From Rhina ancylostomus (lineage: Eukaryota): a stretch of DNA of 64,000 nucleotides. A program made the position numbers and the translations under genes. Shown here one piece after another: positions 51,065 through 63,564 of the stretch (position 1 is its first letter; the number at the start of each line of letters is the position of its first letter). The stretch lies in NCBI GenBank assembly GCA_030265395.1, contig JARFYF010000052.1:116704649-116768648 (forward strand), read 5' to 3'. A model generated the notes under the pieces. It was given only the letters and a program-made list of their open reading frames with translations. It did no database searches and was not told where the DNA came from.

Positions 51065-51245
51065 TACCAAGCTTCATTTAAAATGTCCTACAACACTTTA
51101 TAACAGCATTAACAAAACATGACAAAGTCACACAAGGAAACTTTGACAGACGACAAAAAGCTTGGTCAAAATACTAGGTTGTAAGGAGCATTTTTAGAGA
51201 AGAAAGAGGCGCCACAGAGATTCTGAAGGAAATTCCAAAACTTCG
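51065..51245 (-). mobile_element. L2 LINE 3' end
   Basis: AAAAGCTTGGTCAAAATACTAGGTTGTAAGGAGCAT (FKxLLKTxLFxQAF region on the minus strand). Confidence 0.55.
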
Positions 51246-51269
51246 TGGTTAGCACAAATGTCGAGGTTA

Positions 51270-51427
51270 GCACAAGAGACTGCAGATGCTGGAATCTGAA
51301 GCAACAAACAAATCTGTTGGAGGAACTCCGTGGGCCGAGCAGCATCTGTGGGAGGAAAGGAATTCGGGTTTCAACTGAGTCCCAGAGATGCTGCTTGACC
51401 CACTGAGTTCCTCCAGCAGACTGTTGG
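51270..51427. mobile_element. Second fold-back Penelope-terminus element
   Basis: Starts CACAAGAGACTGCAGATGCTGGAATCTG like 33333; inverted arms at 51313-51353 and 51380-51420. Confidence 0.82.
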
Positions 51428-51710
51428 TCTAGGCTGACACTTCAGTGCTGCACTGTCAGAGGTGGTGCTTTTCTGATGAGACAGAAAACCCAGGCTCCAT
51501 CACCTCTCAAACATTGACACCAAGCTATCATTTACAGAGTAGGAGTTGATTTCTTCCCACTATTTATCCCTCAACCAATAACAACAAAACCAATTACCAC
51601 ACCTGTGGAAACTTCCTAGGCACAAAATGGATTGATGCATTTTCTACAACAATGGCAACACTTCAGATGGATTTCATGGATGGTAAAGTGCTTAGGAATA
51701 ACCCAATGCC
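51428..51710 (+). mobile_element. Deu-domain SINE (SacSINE1-like)
   Basis: CTAGGCTGACACTTCAGTGCTGCACTGTCAGAGGTG..TTTCTGATGAGAC ... TATTTATCCCTCAACCAA ... TGTGGAAACTTCCTAGGCACAAAATGG. Confidence 0.7.
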
Positions 51711-53879
51711 ATGACTAGCAAAAGAAGTGGAAGTCTTAAAGAAACTGAAGCATCAGCCCAAATTATCAAGACAAAAAGACCAAGTTAGAATTGGAGAGGA
51801 ATGGAGATTAAAGGACCAAAAGGGGGAAACAGTTGCAGATGAGGCTAAAGAGAGATTTGGAAAAAAATACTTTACATGGCCAGATAATGAAACACAAGCT
51901 GTAATTACAAACCTAAAGAAATGAATTACTATAAATAGTACAATACATGATGATTTAAAGAAATGTACCATAAAAAACATACATCAGCTCTTCAATGAAT
52001 CTGTGTTATTTCCATAGAACTTTTGCATTTAATTTTGTCACCAATATGAATTACATATACAGTTATAGTATGGGCAGCAAGATTAAATGCCATTTTTCCT
52101 ATAAAATAATTTCTTATGCAAGAAACTATTTAATATTTTTGATATTAGAAATACATAGCTGAGATTCTTGAAACTATTTTAAACCACTAAATTCTACACA
52201 CTGTGTATTTCAGAATCAAAATAGACATTTAAAAAATCAATGGACAGTTATAAATTTAGCATTAACACACCAAGTCTTACCATTATAAAATATTCTCCTA
52301 CCTGGTAAAAAGTGACTGCAAAAGATTTTCTGTTCAATATGGAAAGATTACTATAAAAGCTACTTCAACCCATGAGAACTTCTTTATCCTCTAAGCAAGG
52401 AACAGTCCTTCTGAAGCCTCACAAAGTCTCCAGTGAGAGTGTGCATATCACTGTCACTAAAGGAGCAGCACAAAGAGCCCTACCTCTTTCAGTGCCTTTA
52501 CAGCCAATCAATAAAAACAAGCATTACAAAGCAACCACTGGAAAAGCAAGCAAAGTCCGAAGGGATTTCTTACATTTTCCAGTCACCACTTAACTCTTAC
52601 ACCCTCTGTGCTCCACTACATACAGCTGGTGAACTTTATATTAAGCTAACAGATTTCTTTGCTTCTCATCCAAAGTTACACTAACAATGTGGGCAAATCT
52701 GAAGTAAATATCTGAAACAAAACAATTGAGGAAAGAAATGCTTTAGTATTGAATCCAAGGTTGGAAATCAAAGTGGAGGATAAGCAACATAATTACAGGA
52801 TAAGATTCCTTCCATAACAACCCACCAGGCACTCATCCTCTCAACCCAACACGTGCCCACAAACTCAATTTCTTTCCAAAAATAAAACTTTCTATATTTT
52901 GTTAATTAAAAATCTGAGCATGTAAATGGATCCATTTAAACATTCTTTTCAAAATGTTTCATTTATTTATCTCACCTCTATCTGAACTATGCCACATATT
53001 TCATTCCTCCAGAGCAACTCACATGGTTGACTACAAGTAGGACTAGTGGAAAGATGGCCAAAACCTTCCAAAGGCAGAGCATAATTACATTTAGAGACAG
53101 AAATGGACCAGGGAAAACCTTTAAATAAAGCAACAGAGAAATGGGACTAAGTGAGGAAGAAACAGAAATTGATAAAAGAAAGGAAAAAAGGCAAGAATAT
53201 TAAACTCAAAATCAAAGCATGCAAATCTAGAACCACCATTACTTCATGTAAAAGTTAATGAATAATCTTGTGGCATGTATTTAAAAATAAGTTTTCTTGA
53301 AATTAGTATCTAAAGATTCATAATATTATGAAACACAGCTTTATTCTCGATGACTCAAAAATCACTAGTCCATCAATATTTTTTAAACCAATTTCAATTC
53401 TTGGTTAAGGAGAAAGGCATGCTTTAAAAGAGAAAGGATTTTAAATGAAGAACAAAGAAATATACACTCACCAAATCCATAAAGTCAATTCTGATGAGTT
53501 GTAAACATCTGACTTCAGTTTGCATTGCGAGTAGTGTGACATAATTTCAATTCTTAAAAGACATCCCAAAATAACTTCTTTAAAACATAATTACTGAGTT
53601 GCATAAATGTTTTTTTAACTTATATTTGGAAATGCTGATTAACTGCAGGAAGGAACTGAGTTTCTATTCTATTTGCAGGATGCAACTTATCCTGAAACTC
53701 TTAAATTTAATAAATAATGCAATGCTTAATAATGCCGCATTACTACAATTTAACAAAGTCATCAGAAAGGAGAACAGGGCCAAAACAGAGAGCCGAATTG
53801 CAGATTGACTTGAGGACTTAATTTCAAAAGCAACTTTATCCAGCACTTCAATCTGGAACTTGGATTTGGAATATTCAGA

Positions 53880-54090
53880 ACACCAAATCTCAAGTAATAG
53901 CAAAAAATATTGAAAACAAATCAGCAAGCAGTTGGCATCTTTGGAAGGAAAAATGACTGTTTCAGATCAAAGACCTTTCATCAGAAATAGTTTTTGAACA
54001 CACACACGCACAAACACAGGCTTGACCTGATCTGCCGAGTGCTTCCAAAAATGTGCGTTTTCATTTCATATTTCCAATATCGGCAGTTAG
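53880..54090. mobile_element. Old fold-back Penelope-terminus element with hammerhead core
   Basis: Minus strand 53984-53955 reads CTGATGA A AGGTC TTT GATCT GAAAC AGTC; degraded inverted arm at about 54020-54085. Confidence 0.6.
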
Positions 54091-54504
54091 TTAAATTTTA
54101 CCAATCTTCAAGAGGCTAATGTTCTTACAACCCAGTCGAGTGTCAAAGTAGCTTTGGGAAAGTTTCACATTAATACTCTTGTTAAATGGAAGTTAACAAT
54201 AGGTGGAGCAGACAACAGCCAAACTTGAAAACTGCAAAATTCTATTCTAGAAGACAACAATGAGCAGACACAGCAAACTTACCACGGTATTTGCTTACCT
54301 GCTTATACAAAGTCGTCTGCTATGAAGACAGAAATGGCTGCACAAGTAAATATTCTTGTATTTCACTTTGTATCATCAAAATAGCTAACTGATTTGCTTG
54401 TGTTGGAAAGTATCATCACCAGTGTTATCGAGTGATACTTAGTCACCAATAACCTAGTCACTGATGTCCAGGCCTCATCACAGCCTTCATCCAAACATTC
54501 CAGA

Positions 54505-55590
54505 GGCAAGGTAGGAGGAACTGCCCTTGACGTTAAGGCAATATTTGACCAGGCTGGCATCAAGGAGCCCTGGCGAAACTGAAGTCAATGAGCATCAAGG
54601 AGACAATATCCAGAAGTTGGAGTCATAGCATGCACAAACTAAGATGGTTGTGGGTGTTCAAAGTCAATCACCCCAGACTCAAACTACGATCTGGAGGAGT
54701 TCCTTGGTAGTGTCCCAAGCCCAATTCCTTTAGGTCCTTCAATAACAATGCAAGAAGAGGGGATACTCCCAGATAATTGCATAATATCCAATTTATTTGC
54801 AACTCCACAGCAAATAAAACAATCCATACCTGAATGTAGCAGGACCTAGACAGCATTCAGACACATGCTAGTAAGTGGTAAGTCACAATTGCACCACAGA
54901 AGTGCCAGGCAAGAACCATCCCCAACAGTGAGAGTCTAACCACATATTCCTGACATTCAATGGCACTACCTTTGCAGAGTCCTCCATCAATATCCTGGGG
55001 TCACAAATGACCATTAACTCAACCGGACCAGCCACATAAATATTTTGGCTGCAGCAAGTAATTCATTCCCTGACACCCCAAACGCTTTCATCATCAGCAA
55101 GGCACAAGTCACAAGACTGATATAATACTTACTACTTGCCTAGATGAATGCCATTTCAAAAACTGACAAAGCTTGACACCACCCAAAGCAAAGCAGCCAG
55201 CTGATTGGTGTTCAAACTTGAGTGATGTTCACCACTGTGAACATTTATTTGCTCCATTACTTTCACAAAATGGCTGCAGTGTGCAACATCTACAAAATGC
55301 ACTGCAATTACTCGCCAAGTATACTTTGATGGCACTTCCCTAACCTCTATCACTAAGGAAGACAAGGACTTCAGATGCAAGGGAACACCACCACTTGCAC
55401 AGTCCTGATATCCTGACTTTGAAATATTTCACCAATTCTTCCTTATTGCTGATATAAATCCTGGAATTCCCTGTACAACGGCACTGCAGGAGTATCTTCA
55501 CTAGACGAACAGCAGAGATTCAAGAATGCAAATCTCAAGGGCAATTATGGATGGCAATAATCGCTAGCTTTGACAGCAATTCCCAGATAC
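54505..55590 (+). mobile_element. CR1/L2-group LINE RT plus 3' end, degraded
   Basis: CTGCCCTTGACGTTAAGGCAATATTTGACCAG (ALDVKAIFD) and GGAGTTCCTTGGTAGTGTCC (GVPQGS-like); tail shared with 6195, 31325 and 40900. Confidence 0.8.
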
Positions 55591-57139
55591 AGAAAATAAA
55601 AATACAAAAAACATTAAGATTTTTTGATGATGTAGTCTGGCATCTCAAAATAATTATAGAGGAAAATAGATCAGACATCGTTGCCAACATATTTTTCCAA
55701 CTTCATCTCCTTCATATCTGGAGGATGGTTGTTTTGTGCATTGTGCTTTCATACCAGTCCTGTGGTACTTGTATTTCTTGCCAAGACTTGACAGTAGGTT
55801 TGCGTAAATCACCAATGAAACAAACAAATGCTTGATGCACGGTGAAATCAATGGAATTAAGGCAANNNNNNNNNNCAACATTTAAAATAATCTGGTATTT
55901 CACCTTTCCACAGCAAGCTGAATCCAGTCAGTGCCAATAAAAACCACCCACACATACCAAAATTAGACATGCACTCCAACGAGGATGGTTAAGCAATAAT
56001 TGTAAGCAGCTGATTTTTCCTGGTTGGTCTATCAACCTTGGGAACTAGTTTTAAGTCACCACTGGGTTTAGTTCAGCTGAGTTAACTTAAAGTCCAAGTG
56101 TCTCATTGTCAGGACAATGTACCTCATTTCTATCATTCAATTTCCCAACAGACAGCACCCGAGTTTACTTCTAATGTGGCTCAGTTCACAGCATGCCGAG
56201 CATAATCTTGGCCAAGTGCTTTCACTTCAAAATGCCAGCTTGAAGAATACAGACAGGGCTCAAGAAGGAGTGCAGCGAAATGTATGAGGACCCAAATTTT
56301 TAAAAATCTGCTTTTGTGAGGAGGCATTTTGCATTACAATGGAAATCTTTTCACAATAATGAGAAAAACAAAGCTACAATGATTGTAAACAAAGTGAGGT
56401 AATAGAATGGCTTAAATATCCTTGCCCTGTTTTTCTAACAGTATAATTTACCCATCCCTGTGGATACTGCCCATCCCTGGAGAAAGACGAAACTCTGGAT
56501 CCTTTTAAGTTATTCCCTAACTGCTGTAATTGCAAGAGCCCTGGAATGATGCATCAAGTACTCCATTTTATGTCCACTAATGCGATGAGGTAATCTGTGT
56601 GGTTTCAAAATGCAATCCTACTAACAGTCCATTATACTAATCCCCTGACAGAATAAAGTATCAGCACTCACAGAAGCTAATTAGTTTATTAATACCATTC
56701 CAGAATCTAAAAGGCACTGTACCATGTGGAAAGATCAGAATTATATGTACCAAGTTAATGCTAAAAATTAAATCCAAATGAAAAATATGCAGTTTTATTT
56801 TAACTGAAGAGTAATAACAGGAAAATCACAGTAACCAGGACATGAAATCCTTTCCTTTTAGGACAATCTCATATTGCATCCCTTCAGTAAAGAGAGAGTC
56901 ATTTCTGAAGAGCTAAATCAAAGACTTTTCCACTTTCATCCTTAATAGGAAAAAGGTACTCCATATAATTAAAACACACACAAATACCAAGTATTACAAC
57001 AACCACTGCTTGTGCAGGCTCTCAGAAAATTCCTGCCTATTTGGTCAGCTTAACATTATTCATGATCACAAGAATAAAACTGACCTTAAATGCACAATGT
57101 AGCTTAAAACAGTGTATTACCCTATTATGACATTTCCAA

Positions 57140-57214
57140 TTTCACAAAATGACAACCATCTCAACAAATGTTGTTTTCACAAAATGACAACCATCTCAAC
57201 AAATGTTGTTTTCA
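57140..57214 (+). repeat. Perfect 35-bp tandem duplication
   Basis: TTTCACAAAATGACAACCATCTCAACAAATGTTGT twice (57140-57174, 57175-57209), followed by TTTCA. Confidence 0.95.
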
Positions 57215-59231
57215 TCCTTTATTGTTGGAATGTTTGTTTTTATTTTTTATATATAGATAGATAGATAAAAAGAAGATATTCTTATCCTGTCACCAGCTGA
57301 TCCAATCCTTCTGTCTTTCCATAAACCATGTTCAATTATTGTTTTGCAAATATTTATTCTCTTCCAATTTCTGTGGGGTCATCCACATCTACTAAACACA
57401 AGCTTAAAAAAGTTCTTAAAATAAAAAAAAATCACAACTTGCGTGTATAATGTGTGCTAGTTGTAGGAAAAATAGTTATAATTTATTAATGCTGAATGTT
57501 NNNNNNNNNNNNNNNNNNNNNNNNNNNNNNNNNNNNNNNNNNNNNNNNNNNNNNNNNNNNNNNNNNNNNNNNNNNNNNNNNNNNNNNNNNNNNNNNNNNN
57601 GAATGTTAATAGCTTGTTAATAACAATGTTAATAACAAACATCTCTGTCCAGACATGGATTCACCTATGTTTAATTGCCAGTTTCTCAAGGCATAGATGA
57701 TGCACACAATGTACAGACACAGGAGGGGTATGGTAGGGAAAACGTGGGACAAGGGAAGAAAGCACTGGGGGTGGGTGGGGGAGGTGTTACTTGGGGGTGG
57801 AGGCAGGGGAACAAGTGGGCACAGGATATTTCAGTGAGCATGCAAGTGTGGGTGTGGCAAAAATGTGTGTGTACACAAGGGAAAGGGCATCCCAGCCACC
57901 AAGAGAGAGGCACATGAGTCAGCCAATGTGTGTGTGGGTTGATGAAAGGGAATGGCTGCCAGGTGTGAATGAAGCACAGTGGAACATAGTGAACAGACAT
58001 GGAGGAGATGGAAAATGGCAAATTCAAGGCAGGATAACATAAAATAGGGCCACCGAGCATCCAAAGGGAGTGCCTAGGATAGAGGAACAGCACTGAGTGA
58101 GCGTGGACGAGGGGAAGGGTGATGGAGCTAATGAACGAACACAAGAGATGTTGGGGTGCGAGTATGCAAAGAAGGAAAAAAATACAAGCATCTACAAAAG
58201 GTAAGGGGTTGCAAGTGAGCATGTGCAGGAGTGGGGGTGGTTTGACTTGTAGATGAGCTTGGGCGAGATGGGAATGTCAGCCAGTGCAGTGGAGAGGGAA
58301 AACTTCAGCTAGCAGAAGAAGGTTAGGAGGGAACAGAATGGGAATAATAGTGAAGTGGGAGGAAAAACAGGAGAGAGCACAAGAGAAGTGGCACTGAGAT
58401 TCGGAAGCATCAGTTCAGGAAATTGGATAATGGTGGTATTAGGATCCACTTCCTGCCTCCCCAGCTTCCACGCCTCCCAACCCAGAAATGAAATCTCCCC
58501 TTTATGCTCTTAAAAAAAACATTAGAAACTTATCTAGAAACTAATGTCTCCTGATTGCATTGTTATTGTTTGTCTATGTTGTAGGTTTAAATTCACAAGT
58601 GTATGAGAATCGTTTTTGAAGGTGTTGGCAAATTTTTGCTAATTGTTAGTATATTCTGATGAATATGAAAAGCTTTGTCTTTATACACACTAATGCCTGT
58701 ACAGATTGGAAGGCTGAAAAAGAGATTGACTGCAAGGTTATAATCTTCAGCCATTACAGCTATCGATTCACGCTTAACATTTTATGGCTGTGACAATCAG
58801 CAAGGTAATTGAATATTCCATCCATTATTTAAGGGATGCATCCAAATATTTGTATATCGTGCACTGAATTATAAAAATGGCCCAGTGTAACTTCAGGAAA
58901 ATTCAGATATAAATCAATACTTTAATCACACCTAGTTAACTGCAACTCCAACCCATGTTAGTTAAAAAGTACTAACAATTCACAGGATGAAAGATCCCAA
59001 TGAATACTTAAGAGTCTAAGAAATTTGGGCAGTCTTAACATTATTCATAAACACAAAAACAATATTGTTACTAAATATAGTAATGCAGCTTGGCTACAGT
59101 TTAAATTGTTCTGTTACCTGGAATGACATTTTCAGTTTAAGAAAATGACTGTCGTCTCTAAACAACATCCTTTTTATCTTTCACTGTTGATGTCAAGTTT
59201 CCTTATATATCAAGAGCTTAAGTAGGAACCT

Positions 59232-59284
59232 TGATCGGCATCGACCAGTTGGGCCGAAGGGCCTGTTCCATGCTGTGGCACTCA
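59232..59284 (+). mobile_element. CR1/HE1-type extreme 3' tail
   Basis: GATCGGCATCGACCAGTTGGGCCGAAGGGCCTGTTCCATGCTGT. Confidence 0.7.
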
Positions 59285-60619
59285 GAGGAAAATAGTTACG
59301 ACACCCTCTAAATCACAAAATTTAATTTGGGATGTTTGCTTTTGGAAATTATTGTAAAATTATGCTGTATAGATTTTAGAGTGGCAATTTACATGAACTT
59401 TTGCAAGATACTACCACATATCAACAGTCTGAAATAAAATTAATTTTTGCTCATGTGACTTTCACATGAAGAAGAAAGCATTTTTACCAACTAATAAAAA
59501 CCAATTTGCTTCAAACAATATAAAATGGAGAGAAAACCTGAATTACAATCTGCTAAATGGCATTTCATATATGTTAGCACTATTGGCTTCCCAAGTTCCT
59601 GTTTAGCTCACAGCAGAAATGAAAATTGAAGTTCTTATGTGCATAAATGCAGCAGCAGAGTCCCAATTTTTGCTAGATCTATTCATTTTCTACTGATCCT
59701 GAAGTAATCCAAGTTGTGTTCAGTACTGCGTAGCCTTGATGCAAGTTTCTAAATCTTGTGGCAACAATCATAACTGACACCGTCTCTTTACGTCAGCTCT
59801 AAGCAGTGACCAAAATTCCAGAACCGTGAACGGGTTCACTTTATTTTGAATGCAGAGTCCTGGCCTTACTTCAAGCTTCCCTTCTATTGGTTAAATATTC
59901 AATGGCAACATATTTCAGTTGCTTACAAAACAAGTTCATCTCAAGAAGCGGGCAGAGAACATCTGCTTATTAAAGAAAGCTGTTGGTTTAAAGTCACAGA
60001 TTACAGAGGTTACAGATTACAGTGGTCACCAACCTAAGTGGGGAGGAAGAAAAATCACCTCAGATTTAAATGTTCAAGATTGTGCTGTGATTAAGTAATA
60101 GAATAAGATTCAAGTTCAGTCATAATACAAGGCAATATAATACTGTTGTAGTTGACAAAATATGTATATTTTGCAAAATTAGTTTTGTTTAGAAACATTG
60201 TTAATTCTTATGACTAATATTCAAATTAGAGGAATCACAAAGGACAAACAGCAAAGTTGAGCAAAAGAACCAAAATTATGATGCAAAGTGAACTTTCTAT
60301 GAATATTGGGCCTATTTTGCTGTTATATATCTTTGAAAAAACAGCTAAATTCTCCAGACTGTTGCTCCATCATTTTTATCTGTACCCTCCAGAAAGTTTA
60401 GAGATTCTACAAAGACTTATAATAATTCAAAAGACTTTTTTTAAATGACTTCATGGGGACCAGTAAAAAGTTGCTCAATGGACTCTTATGGGGAAATGGA
60501 ATTCTTATGGGGGTGGAGGTGGCTGGCCGTGGGTATACAAGGGAAAACTAGCTTCAAATGATTCCAAAAACTCACTTTGTCATTGCACAATTCAGCTAGA
60601 AGAGCAGATATTATAAGAG

Positions 60620-60755
60620 CAGCAAAGGACTACAAATGCTGGAATCTGGATGAAAAACACAATGATAACACTGGAGAAACTCAGCAGGCCAGGCAGCATC
60701 CGTGGAGAAAAGCAGGTGGTCAACGTTTCGGGTCAGGACCCTTCTTCAGGAATGA
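60620..60755 (-). mobile_element. Penelope-like terminal repeat
   Basis: ATGCTGGAATCTGG...GAAACTCAGCAGGCCAGGCAGCATCCGTGGAG...CAACGTTTCGGGTCAGGACCCTTCTTCAGG. Confidence 0.78.
60717..60754 (-). ncRNA. Minimal type I hammerhead ribozyme motif (catalytic boxes intact, stem I weakened)
   Basis: Minus strand reads CATTC CTGAAGA A GGGTC CT GACCC GAAA CGTT GACCA: CUGANGA box, stem II, GAAA box, ACGT palindromic stem III. Confidence 0.6.
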
Positions 60756-63564
60756 AATATTACAACTTTATCCCAATGACAGAGCTGGTCAGGTACATAA
60801 ATGGATAGCAGCCTGGCTTTGTATTAAGAACTTCACTTAATCTTCCAAATCAAAGCGAATACTCAAACTAACAGGCATAACACATACTTAGTCACACTTA
60901 GTGTAAATAGAGCAGCTCTTTTTGCAACATTGAAATTTAGCCAGGGATCCAAACACTTGCAAATATCATTATTACATGACTCAACTGTGTTAATGAGAGA
61001 TGAAATGAAGAAAAGAGCAGAGGAACTGTGCATCAGATTGCTAACCAAGTTTAGCAAAACCTCAATCCACCAAAAAGCAGGCAGATAACAGAGATTAGTC
61101 AGATCAATTACAGAATGGATTTGAAGGTTATTTGACTCCCAGAATTTCGTTACAATTTCTCTGGCATCAGTACTGAACAACATNNNNNNNNNNNNNNNNN
61201 NNNNNNNNNNNNNNNNNNNNNNNNNNNNNNNNNNNNNNNNNNNNNNNNNNNATATTTCTAGACTTAAAACAAGTCTTAAAATACACATTTTATAGAAAAT
61301 ACTTAATTAGTCAACTGAAACAGAATCATATTATGATATAGCCTTGCATTAGGACAGCACTCAATTGCCATTGTAATATTTAATATAGCACAAGCTTGAG
61401 CATTAAAAAGAAAATAAATTTAAATCCAAGATAACAATTTCTGCAGGTACAAATGTGGTCAGGATTAAATAATTCCAATATAAGTAGGAGTTCTCCTAGA
61501 TCAGTTTTTAAATCACTTGATCAACACATTTTACTGTTAATGATCAGTTCATTTGAAAATCTGCTTACTTGTACAGAAAAACAGCACCATGAGCTGTGGG
61601 TGAAACTATTGCCAGCTCCTGGTCCCTTTTCAATGGAAATCAACTTTGAAAAATCCCAGAATTGAACCATCTACATCAAAACTTGCCAAGACACAATCAA
61701 GCCTTATCTCCACACTCCCTAACCAGCAATGTATTGCTTTTAAAAGATTCTTATCCTATTTATCATGCTCTTCCACAACCTCCTCTGCTCTCTATCCCTG
61801 CTAGCCCCACAAACCTCCACAATCTCTGTGCTACACCAATTCTGGACTCTTACACATGTATATGGAATCCAGCTATTTAATACAGATAATGAAAAGTACA
61901 GGATCACCGTACAAGTCCTTATTAAGCTTTCGACTGAATGCTATTTAATTACATTCTTGAAAGTTGATGTTGTTTTGAACCTCTGACTCAATTACCTTTA
62001 AATAATTCTCGATTTTCTGTCAATAATTAAAACTGTTTGATTAATAAATCAACAATGAATTCGGAAAGCCATACCAATTTAAATGTCAGTTGTAGGAAAA
62101 ATTCCAGAATCATTGCTAAAACAAATAAAAAGACCAAACATCTAAAAGGTGGGAATGATAGTAGAAATAACCTAACATTAATTCCAATGCTTAAACAACC
62201 TAATCAAAGTTTTTGCGATTGTAACAGAAACAGAAAACAATAGCAATAGAGTGGATCTAGTAAAGGTTAACCAAAGGTGCCGCTTATAAGATCTGGATCA
62301 AGTTAATGTTAGATAAAATTAGCAGTATGGAAAAGTAACCTGCAGATAATAGCCAATAATGAGGGGGAAGAATTGGGAAGAGGACAGGCTGGTGTAAATT
62401 AATAACAAGATTGGATTCTTTTCTAGAGGGAAAGAATACCAGAGGGATAATAGATTTATATACTTACTTGGTACCGATTGCAGTTCCAGTTGCTATGGAC
62501 AAACACAGTTGAGGCTGATATCAACTTCAAACCCTCGGACTATGCTTAGTGCAGTGGTATGGTAGACGCTGTACACAGCTGACCTTTGAGACCATTTTAG
62601 CAATTAGGCACAAAATGTTGATTAAAGTCAGAGCTCACTCCAAGTCAAGAATGTTTGCCAGATCTACATCATCAATTTGATATTCTATTTTTAAATGGTT
62701 AGTCTAACAAAAGGTACAGCTGCACCAAAGCAAGCAATGGCCTAAACAGGAAGGGAAAACCTTGGAACTAATCCCATTCCTCAATCCTGATGATTTTTTC
62801 CCATCAGATTATGCAACACTGGGTAAGTGCAGGAAACAGAGTAAAAAAAATTAAAATATTCAAACTTGAATTGAGCACCTTATCCCATTTAGAAAAGCAT
62901 CACTTACAATAAAAGGATTCCCAATTCCTGAACACATTTAGAAATTTAAAAAGAGTTTTATATTGGAAGTCTTGTGCTGGATTAGTATATAAACATTTGT
63001 TCCTGTAGTTTCAGGAAGAAGTACATCCTGTCAAGTAATGCTTTTGTACACATTTGGGGAAAATTAATAGTTGTTCACAGCTTTCAAATTTCTATCTCAA
63101 GTGTAGGCTAATATGTAAACTTCTGAAACTGATAAACATTTAATAAAATCAAATTAAAGTCCAACAATTTGTAAACTTGTGCAACTATCATTTTTTTTAA
63201 TCATTTCACTATCAAAAAGCAAAACAGTGTCGGCAGAACTATGAAATAACAACAGGATATGCTTGAAATATACAGTGGGTTCTCTAGCATGTGTGGAGTG
63301 GGGAATGGTGTTAAACTTCTTACTTAGATCAATGGCTTTACGTTAGATTTAGGGGGAAAAAAATCAAACTAAAAAATGCTTAAAATTACACAGAAGAGGA
63401 AGGAGTGTAGAAAATAAAAGGTAATGCCTGTGGAAAGAGTTGAAAAACTGAAGAACATAAATGGGGGTGATGCTGGCTGGGAGAGGGTGGTGAGGGCTTG
63501 TTAATCACAGCTCACTTTCTTGGGGAGATGCAAATGGAAAGCGATAACGGCAACAGACTGGGGA

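Noticed and set aside
54275-54305. Two minus-strand donor-like sites (AG|GTAAGC, TG|GTAAGT) as an alternative GAB1 exon; similar donor at 43302-43310
   Set aside because: No convincing acceptor, reading frame or homology; such motifs are expected by chance in 48 kb.
57686-58222. 178-aa His/Cys/Pro-rich minus-strand ORF in a purine-rich block
   Set aside because: Low-complexity composition explains the open frame. I could not identify a domain, splice signals or matching terminal inverted repeats.
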